DNA from: an uncultured Candidatus Poseidoniales archaeon
GTDB taxonomy: Archaea > Thermoplasmatota > Poseidoniia > Poseidoniales > Thalassarchaeaceae
Assembly (NCBI GenBank): GCA_964563355.1
Contig: CAZLVU010000004.1
Coordinates: forward strand, 17,733 to 81,732
Direction: 5' to 3'
Length of the DNA stretch: 64,000 bases
Below are positions 30,508-37,694 of the stretch, one piece after another (within the stretch, counting starts at the first letter, position 1; the number at the start of each line of letters is the position of its first letter). The position numbers were made by a program, and so were the translations under genes. The notes under the pieces were generated by a model. It saw nothing but the letters and a program-made list of their open reading frames with translations, did no database searches and was not told where the DNA came from.

Positions 30508-31854
30508 CTAACTGCCTCCCAATAGTAGCTCCGGATGTTGGTCCAAGAAGTCTGTGGTGATTTTTCTTTCCCTGAAATCTGGATGCGCAAGAATTGCCCT
30601 ATGCAGTGGAATTAGGGTGTCGACTCCTGACAGTATGGCCTCATCGAGGGCCGAGTCGAGCCTGTTGATTGCCTCGTCTCTAGTTGGTGCCCATGCGATG
30701 ATCTTCGCTAGGAGTGAGTCGAAATCCCCTGGCATGTCATATCCGGAATGAGCGTGCGAATCGACTCTTATTCCGGGGCCTCCAGGCCAATGACACTCCC
30801 AGAGCCGTCCGGGAGATGGGGTCAAAGTCGAAGAGTTCTCTGCATTGATCCGAGCTTGTATTGCGTGTCCATTCCAACTAATCTCATCTTGGGTCATTGT
30901 CAGCCTCTCCCCTGCTGCCACCAATATCCCCATGGATACTAAATCCAGCCCAGTAATCATTTCAGTAACGGTATGCTCAACTTGAACTCTGGGATTTACC
31001 TCCATGAAGTAGAACTCGCCCTCCGAATCCCTAAGGAATTCGAATGTTGCAAGGCCCCTATATGCTATTGCCTCAGCTCCAGAAACCACCTTCGAGCCAA
31101 GTTCTTGCCTGATTTCTTCGCTGAGCCAGGGCCCTTCCTCTATGATCTTCTGATGTCTCCGCTGAATGGAGCAGAACCTCTCACCCATGTGAATGGCCCT
31201 TTTCCCATCACCGATGACTTGGAACTCGATGTGTTCGGCGTTAGCAATGAATTTCTCTATGAACACCCTCTCATCGCCAAAGGCGGATGCAGCCCTACCT
31301 TGACAGAGCCTGAGAGCGGAATCGAAGTCGTCCTCGGAGTGGACAACCTGCATACCTATCCCCCCTCCTCCCGAGGCTGCCTTGATCATCAGGGGAAAGC
31401 CAATCTCTGAGGCCAAATTGTGTGCTTCCTCGGGACTAGTGATTGGGGACTCTGAACCCCTAGCAATTGGAATGCCCGCCTTCGACATCTCCTTGCGTGC
31501 AGCAATCTTATCCCCAAGCAATCGCAGTGATTCGGGAGATGGGCCGATGAAGGCTATTCCTTCTTCAACGAGGCGTTGGGCGAATGCTGCGTTCTCAGAT
31601 AGAAACCCGTACCCGGGGTGAACTGCATCCGCGCCTACATCTTTAGCTGCAGCAACTATGGCTTCAATGTCCAAATACGAAGCAAGTGAATCCTCCCGAT
31701 TGATGAAGTATCCCTCGTCAGCCATCCTAACGGGCATGGAAAGTCGATCCTCTCGACCGTGAACTACAACGCCCTCAACCCCCAATAAACGTAGTGAACG
31801 GAGGATTCTAAGAGCGATCTCGCCCCGGTTGGCGATTAGGACTCTGCGGAACAC
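30508..31854 (-). CDS. accC: Biotin carboxylase subunit
   Basis: VLIANRGEIA.R, HPGYGFLSEN, KAASGGGG.GM, CSIQRRHQK, FMEVNPRVQVEH, DSLLAK. Confidence 0.93.
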   Translation of the reverse strand: MFRRVLIANRGEIALRILRSLRLLGVEGVVVHGREDRLSMPVRMADEGYFINREDSLASYLDIEAIVAAAKDVGADAVHPGYGFLSENAAFAQRLVEEGIAFIGPSPESLRLLGDKIAARKEMSKAGIPIARGSESPITSPEEAHNLASEIGFPLMIKAASGGGGIGMQVVHSEDDFDSALRLCQGRAASAFGDERVFIEKFIANAEHIEFQVIGDGKRAIHMGERFCSIQRRHQKIIEEGPWLSEEIRQELGSKVVSGAEAIAYRGLATFEFLRDSEGEFYFMEVNPRVQVEHTVTEMITGLDLVSMGILVAAGERLTMTQDEISWNGHAIQARINAENSSTLTPSPGRLWECHWPGGPGIRVDSHAHSGYDMPGDFDSLLAKIIAWAPTRDEAINRLDSALDEAILSGVDTLIPLHRAILAHPDFRERKITTDFLDQHPELLLGGS

Positions 31855-31899
31855 GACATTCGCTAAGTGCACGTTCGTATGAGTGAATCGGCCGTGGAT

Positions 31900-33180
31900 T
31901 CAGTATACGTCCCTAAGGTACCTCTTCTCAGTCTTCATCAGGCCCACTTCGACAAACTCCTTGGCCTCTTCAAGGCTCATGCCCCCAAATTCGGAGCAAA
32001 TCCCAATCAGGGTTTTGTGAACATCCTTTGCCATGTAATTCTTATCTCCGCAGACATAGAAATAAGCGCCTTTGTCGATCCATTCCCAGATTTCACTTCC
32101 GTGCTCCTTCATCAGATGCTGGACGTAAACCTTCTCGGGACCCTCGCGAGACCAAGCAAGGTCATGTCTCGTGAGGACTCCCTTTTCCTTCCATGCCTCC
32201 ATCTCATCACTGTAGAGGTATTCGCCCGCCTCGGTCCAATCCCCAAAGAAGAGCCAGTTGCGGCCGGTTGAGCCGTCCATTTCTCTTTGTTGGAGGAACG
32301 CTCTGAACGGGGCAATTCCAGTACCTGGGCCCACCATGATGATGTCCTGAGAACTATCCTCGGGCAGGACGAAGGAACGGGTTGGAGACATGAAGACGCC
32401 GATCTCAGTCTTGTTATCATCGCATCTGTCGGCCATGAATCCCGTACATAGTCCAGTCCGGTCCCTGCCATGGTGATTGTAGCGGACAATTGCAACGGTC
32501 AGATGGACTAAATCTTTCTCAAAATGCGGGCTGCTGGCTATAGAATACAATCGGGGCTTCAGGCGATCCATGCCATCCACCAACCTTTGGGGCGTGAAAC
32601 CAGCATCGCAGAAATCGGCTGTGGCATCTATGTAATCCCTTGACCAGATGTAGTCTTCCATCGCGCTTGAGTCCGAGGTTAGTTGCCTCCAAAGTGCGTA
32701 TCCAGAATCTCCGAAGGAGCCCATCTCAAGGTAGTCTTCTGGGACATCCCCCTCCAATCCGTCTCCTCGCCAGTCCATCAGCAGTTCACCGTCCACAGAG
32801 GAAAATCGTTGCCTCCTAACTATTCTCATCTCAACCTTCCCTGATTCGCCGGAGAAGTGCTCCTCTAAACCTGCAATCCACTTCTTTGAGACCCTGTGAA
32901 TCTCATATCTGTCCAACAAAGCTTCCCGGAGAGTGCAGTTTCCCAAATGGGTCTGGACCTCTTCCTCACCGGAGAAATTTGTTGCCGATAGGAGCTCTTC
33001 GACCAACTCCGGGGGACATCTAGGAACTACTCCAAGGGCATCGCCTGCTTTGTACTCTAGACCGGATCCCTTCAGATCGAATACGATGTGTCGAGTCTCC
33101 TTGCGTGACCCTTCACCATTGAGGATGAAGTTCTGGGAGATGGTGCTCATAAACGGGTTCTTTGAACTCCAGTCAGACAT
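31900..33180 (-). CDS. CysJ/cytochrome P450 reductase-like FAD/NADPH reductase lacking a flavodoxin domain
   Basis: KETRH, Y.AGDALGV, PRLYSIASS, GLCTGF, MVGPGTGIAPFR, WLFFG, KVYVQH, YVCGD..MAKDV, RYLRDVY. Confidence 0.88.
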   Translation of the reverse strand: MSDWSSKNPFMSTISQNFILNGEGSRKETRHIVFDLKGSGLEYKAGDALGVVPRCPPELVEELLSATNFSGEEEVQTHLGNCTLREALLDRYEIHRVSKKWIAGLEEHFSGESGKVEMRIVRRQRFSSVDGELLMDWRGDGLEGDVPEDYLEMGSFGDSGYALWRQLTSDSSAMEDYIWSRDYIDATADFCDAGFTPQRLVDGMDRLKPRLYSIASSPHFEKDLVHLTVAIVRYNHHGRDRTGLCTGFMADRCDDNKTEIGVFMSPTRSFVLPEDSSQDIIMVGPGTGIAPFRAFLQQREMDGSTGRNWLFFGDWTEAGEYLYSDEMEAWKEKGVLTRHDLAWSREGPEKVYVQHLMKEHGSEIWEWIDKGAYFYVCGDKNYMAKDVHKTLIGICSEFGGMSLEEAKEFVEVGLMKTEKRYLRDVY

Positions 33181-33285
33181 GTCACCACTCCTGTTCTTGG
33201 GAGTTACAGTTTGCTTATGAACGAATGCGGAGAGTGGCTTCCCGCCATAAGGAAGCATCAAGGCTAGGAGGCGTCAAGGCGGTCC

Positions 33286-34077
33286 ATGGCGGAGGTTGTG
33301 TTCCTAGGAACAGGCAATGCCTTCTCACCCCCTGGCAGGATGCACGCCCTTGCCTTAATTGATGGAGAAATCCTGATTGACGTGCCACCGACTGTGCTAC
33401 CGCAGCTTCGCAGGGCTGGGATTGCTCCATCCGAAATTCGCCACCTTCTGATAACCCATTGGCATGCTGATCACACGTTTGGATTCCCGTTTCTGATGCT
33501 AGATAGGGAATGGTTGGCTCCAGACAGAAATGCGAGGAAGGCCCTGAGAATTCATTGCAGGCCGGGTGGAAAGGAGTTGTTGACCGAACTTTGTGAGGTT
33601 GGATTTCCCGGGAGCCTGGATGAATGCCTAAGTTTACGCTCCATATGGAACGAGGGCGAATCGGGAGACTTGGAGGGAACGCAGTGGAGTTTCGAGAGGT
33701 TCCCAGTCGCCCATACTCCTGAAACAGACCCGCATGGGTACAAGCTAAGCCACAGTAGCGGGCTTTCGATCCTTCACTGCGGTGACTCGGGACCCTGTGA
33801 AAAGATAGAGGAATTGGCTAGGGATTCACAAATTGTGATTCTCGAGATGGGGGTTCCAGATTTTGTCAGTAGCCCTAATCACCACAACCCATCCCAAGTT
33901 GTGGAGTTTTCCCATAGGCACCCAAATGTCCAGATACTGGTAACGCACAACTACTCTCAATCTTCCAAAGCATCCGGGGGTTTCGAAATTCCTGAATTAC
34001 CAGAAAGCATCATCCAACTCAATGATGGGGATCGTTTGGAGATATACGAAGACGGTAGTTATAAAATGATAATTTAA
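33286..34077 (+). CDS. Metallo-beta-lactamase fold hydrolase (RNase Z-like)
   Basis: FLGTG, ITHWHADHTFG, H..CGD, HH, VTH. Confidence 0.85.
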   Translation: MAEVVFLGTGNAFSPPGRMHALALIDGEILIDVPPTVLPQLRRAGIAPSEIRHLLITHWHADHTFGFPFLMLDREWLAPDRNARKALRIHCRPGGKELLTELCEVGFPGSLDECLSLRSIWNEGESGDLEGTQWSFERFPVAHTPETDPHGYKLSHSSGLSILHCGDSGPCEKIEELARDSQIVILEMGVPDFVSSPNHHNPSQVVEFSHRHPNVQILVTHNYSQSSKASGGFEIPELPESIIQLNDGDRLEIYEDGSYKMII

Positions 34078-34480
34078 TATTCAATATATTTACACATACT
34101 TATAATATCAATTATATTGGAGAAATTTGTTTGCAGGATTTCAGATGCCATGTGCTGCAATGATCTAGCTCCGGCAGAAATTCCCAATAATGAACGGTGT
34201 AAATTTTATGACGTCAGGAAATATGAATAATTGACCAATAACCGAACTGAAAGATTTCAGTGATAAAAGGGCACTGCAAAGAACAATATTGGCAATATTG
34301 GCATAATTTCGAATATAGGTATCGTTGACAAATTAGTGTGCATTTGGAAGGGAGTTTTTCAGTTGCCCAAGACACTCTTATTACCACTGACACATTCCGT
34401 CAGTGATACGCACATCGAGCAATGAATCCAATGGGGTGGAAGAATGGCCGGCATTGCGTCTATCAAGACGGTGAAAATAA
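34078..34480. promoter_or_regulatory. AT-rich intergenic region upstream of cdc6: candidate replication origin and promoter
   Basis: ~400 nt non-coding, very AT-rich at 34060-34130, with inverted repeats at 34246-34261 and 34385-34405 and tandem caatattgg at 34284-34301. Confidence 0.55.
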
Positions 34481-35719
34481 ATGGAGGGCAATATTTTCGA
34501 GAAGATTCTCGGACAGGATAGCCTATTCACAGACAGAAAAGCCTTCGACCATGCTTACGAGCCTTCCAGACTGCCGCACAGGGAGCATGAGGTCGATGCT
34601 CTTGTTAGAAATTTAGTTGATGCTTTGAATGGTCACATTCCCTCAAACATGCTGCTCTACGGAGTTCCTGGATCGGGCAAGACTGTTGTGACGAGGTTCG
34701 TCCTAGGGCAGTTGCGAGAAAAGGGCTCTGAAATGGGGCAAATGGTGAAGACTTACGAAATCAATTGTCGGAACGTAGACACGAAGTACAGGGTTGTGCA
34801 ATACATAGCCTCTCAACTTGCCCAGAGAGGGGATGCCCCTGTCCCATTTACCGGGTGGCCTACTGATCGGGTATTGGAGACATTGATCAGCAGAATGAAC
34901 AGAATCGGTGGGGTCCACATTATTGTGCTTGACGAAGTTGATAACCTCGTCGACAAAGCAGGCGATGACCTACTCTACGCTTTAACCAGCCTGAACACGG
35001 TACTAGATGAAGGAAGATGTTCAATCATAGGAATCAGCAATGACTTACACTTCACTCAACACTTGGACCCAAGGGTAAGTTCTAGGCTGAGCCAGGAGGA
35101 CCTTGTTTTCCATCCCTACGTTGCCACAGAAATCCAGAACATCCTGGGTGAACGTGCGTCGATGGGCATCAGGGGAGACGTACTAGATGAGGGGGTCATT
35201 AGGCTATGCGCTGCATTGGCTGCCCAAGAGCATGGTGATGCTCGGAGGGCTCTGGATCTGCTTAGGATTTCAGTGCAGAAAGCGGAGCAACGGGCTCAGG
35301 CAAAAGTCAATACGAAACACGTGAGGCTGGCTCAAAGCCAACTGGAATACGACCAAGTAACTCCTGTCCTGAAGACTCTGCCCCTGCATCAAAAACTGGT
35401 TCTTTTCTCAATCTGCCTGAATGAGGAAAACGGCCTGCGGAACATCTCCACGGGAGAAATCTATCGAACCTACGCGGAGGCCTGTTCGAAAATTGGGATA
35501 GAGCCGCTCACCACCAGAAGAGTCTCCTCACTCCTAAATGAGCTGGACACAATTGGGCTGATTATGGCGAGGAATGTCAGCAAGGGTCGAGGAGGACGGA
35601 GCAAGCAGGTCAATTCTGCCATTCCCAAGGCGATTGACGCGATTGCCCTCATGAGTGACAGCGAGCCGCTAGTCAATGAAGCCTCGATGGGCAAGTACCA
35701 GTTGCAAGGACAACTATAG
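34481..35719 (+). CDS. cdc6: Orc1/Cdc6 replication initiator
   Basis: LPHRE, Walker A YGVPGSGKT, INC, IVLDEVD, LDPRV.S.L, HGDARRALDLLR, C-terminal winged helix with KGRGGRS. Confidence 0.96.
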   Translation: MEGNIFEKILGQDSLFTDRKAFDHAYEPSRLPHREHEVDALVRNLVDALNGHIPSNMLLYGVPGSGKTVVTRFVLGQLREKGSEMGQMVKTYEINCRNVDTKYRVVQYIASQLAQRGDAPVPFTGWPTDRVLETLISRMNRIGGVHIIVLDEVDNLVDKAGDDLLYALTSLNTVLDEGRCSIIGISNDLHFTQHLDPRVSSRLSQEDLVFHPYVATEIQNILGERASMGIRGDVLDEGVIRLCAALAAQEHGDARRALDLLRISVQKAEQRAQAKVNTKHVRLAQSQLEYDQVTPVLKTLPLHQKLVLFSICLNEENGLRNISTGEIYRTYAEACSKIGIEPLTTRRVSSLLNELDTIGLIMARNVSKGRGGRSKQVNSAIPKAIDAIALMSDSEPLVNEASMGKYQLQGQL

Positions 35720-35768
35720 CTAGGGTGTTCCGGCAACGATTATACCGAAAGTGAAGGTCGGCGGCTCG

Positions 35769-36302
35769 ATGCCTGAAGACAACTCAGAGTGGATGGACTC
35801 CTTGTTCCTACCCAGCAGTACCGCCTCAGCGGGTGCCATATTAGTCGGAACGTGGTGCATTTTCCTGAACATCATCAACATCGCAATTGGTGCATTCTCT
35901 GAGGGACGGAAGGTTCTGTGGATAGACTTCCTGACCAATGGAAGCAATACTAATTCAGAATGGGAGATGGGGATCCTGATTGGCGACATTATTTTCGGTG
36001 GCATTGGTATTGCAATACTTTCAGCCGGAATTATTGGTATGAGCAAGGCACGGGAAGACGGAATCGCAGGTTGGATCGGAGGGCTGCCGAGTGGCCCTGT
36101 TCTTTCCAGCTTAATTTCCACTGATGGCGGGATCACGAGGACACTGGCTAGCTGGTTGGCTCTTTCTGGGATGGCTTTCTATTTTTATTGGGGCGCGTTG
36201 AACAACACGTGGGTTGACCCCGGAGTTTATTCAGTTTCGATTGCCCTAGTTTCCTTCGGACTTGGGCTCCATATCCTGCAAGAAGCTGAGTCGTCTCAAT
36301 AG
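35769..36302 (+). CDS. Hypothetical four-helix membrane protein
   Basis: Four hydrophobic segments; WVDPGVYS motif. Confidence 0.7.
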   Translation: MPEDNSEWMDSLFLPSSTASAGAILVGTWCIFLNIINIAIGAFSEGRKVLWIDFLTNGSNTNSEWEMGILIGDIIFGGIGIAILSAGIIGMSKAREDGIAGWIGGLPSGPVLSSLISTDGGITRTLASWLALSGMAFYFYWGALNNTWVDPGVYSVSIALVSFGLGLHILQEAESSQ

Positions 36303-37315
36303 GCTGGTTTGAAACAACTGAGTAGGTTCCTGCAGCGATTCTTTGTTTCCTCGCTACACCTCCTCACCACTACCCCTTTACCCGGTTGCCCGTACAGAAC
36401 TACAGCACCTAGGGGGGACAAAGGATGAAGCAGCAGGGGTGCTAGATCCTCCTCGCCGCCCACCTGAATTAAGCTCGTTTGGCCGTCCTTTAGCCAAGAT
36501 GAAACAGCTTTCTCGCAAGCCTCCAGAAGTGATGGTGTCAGAAAACCGGGGGGGCTCTCGCAGTGAAGGATTCCATCGTAAGCGGAAAAATCGATAGAAT
36601 TCGAACCCTCCCAAGGTTCCCTCTTCGTTAGGCCGTCAATAAGAGCGATGTCCGCGGGCCGACCTAGTTCCTCCATCGTTCTTACAGTGACATCCCCCAC
36701 GGCAATTACTGGGCCGAAATCGGGCTCTATTTGTCTGATAACCTCAATCATTGCAGCTGATGGGTTCTCTTCAGGTCCTGCAACCAACTGTCCAAATGGT
36801 TCCTTGAGTTGGTTTTCTACCTCGGTGGTTATTTTCATACTTCCTTCCCTGAATGAGGCTGGGATCCAAGGCAAACCGCTACGGCCTATTTCTCCGTCTC
36901 TTATTCGTGAGCTGGAAATAGGGTCTTCGTCCCAGGCCAAAAAGTAAGGGACCTCGATAATTTCAAGTGGCTGTAGGCCGTTCCCTGATCTAATCGAATT
37001 AATCTCTTCACAAGTGGGACGGTTCTCGGGTGTGCAAGTAATGGAGCCAGCTACCCTATGGTCTGGGGCTGGCCCATGCCTATCCTCGAGTACATAGAAG
37101 CTTAGACGGTCTGAAAGTTCCGGGCCCATCCGATCCCGAATGTCTCTGCATCTCCCCTCCCAAGTGCAAATTCGAGGGTCCTTTCTTTCAGCTAGAGAGT
37201 CGGACGTTAGCCAAATCTCCACATGCTCGCATAATTCAAGAGTGCTGCGCAGCAGTAAGGAGTGGCCCTCGTGGAAGCGATCGAACGTTCCTCCTACAAG
37301 GCCTACGTCATGCAT
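36296..37315 (-). CDS. coaD: Phosphopantetheine adenylyltransferase fused to DUF359 GTP-dependent dephospho-CoA kinase
   Basis: VGGTFD.FH.GH, ISSSRIR.GEI, followed by LKEPFG, IAVGDVT, IDGLTKR, GEEDL, VLYGQPG.G.V. Confidence 0.9.
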   Translation of the reverse strand: MHDVGLVGGTFDRFHEGHSLLLRSTLELCEHVEIWLTSDSLAERKDPRICTWEGRCRDIRDRMGPELSDRLSFYVLEDRHGPAPDHRVAGSITCTPENRPTCEEINSIRSGNGLQPLEIIEVPYFLAWDEDPISSSRIRDGEIGRSGLPWIPASFREGSMKITTEVENQLKEPFGQLVAGPEENPSAAMIEVIRQIEPDFGPVIAVGDVTVRTMEELGRPADIALIDGLTKREPWEGSNSIDFSAYDGILHCESPPGFLTPSLLEACEKAVSSWLKDGQTSLIQVGGEEDLAPLLLHPLSPLGAVVLYGQPGKGVVVRRCSEETKNRCRNLLSCFKPAY

Positions 37316-37350
37316 CAGTATCCCGTCATATGAGCATGCTTTGAGTGCTG

Positions 37351-37664
37351 TGGGTTATTGTGTGCCCCGGGGCGTAACGGCAACCTTCACTGCTTGGCTC
37401 GGGCGCCTGACCCACCCCGGGACGTCTGTCGGATAGCGGGGTAGTCCCTTGATTCATTCTATTCCGTCCTCAGGGGACCTAACGCTATCCGGCCACCTGA
37501 TTTGCGCCACTGATCATACCGCTGATGCGGTCACGGTGGTCTTCGACAGGTGGTCACCCGAACCGTGGTGCCGTGCTTCACCCTCCACCTCCGGCGAGGG
37601 GGTTTCGTCCACACGGTGTTGCCGGTCGGGCAACACTCCGCGCACAGATATGCACAAGAACCCA
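37351..37664. ncRNA. Putative structured non-coding RNA of unknown family
   Basis: GC-rich intergenic block with nested helices: 37366-72/37415-21, 37430-38/37483-91 with inner gtcccttga/tcaggggac, 37493-99/37547-53, ccgtg/cacgg with inner ccctc/gaggg, 37616-23/37629-36, and closing stem tgggttattgtgt/gcacaagaaccca. Confidence 0.6.
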
Positions 37665-37694
37665 ACGGTGGCATTTGGAACGGGAAATTAGGCA

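Noticed and set aside
30508..31854. Biotin carboxylase as evidence of autotrophic carbon fixation
   Set aside because: No carboxyltransferase, carrier protein or other cycle genes are in the window. An anaplerotic or acyl-CoA catabolic role is more parsimonious.
31900..33180. Assimilatory sulfite reduction (cysJ)
   Set aside because: It lacks the flavodoxin domain and no cysI or cysH is nearby, so the gene symbol was withheld.
37450..37610. Hammerhead-like core words on the minus strand (CTGAGGA and GACGAAAC)
   Set aside because: Stem II cannot form between them and there is no proper NUH cleavage site.
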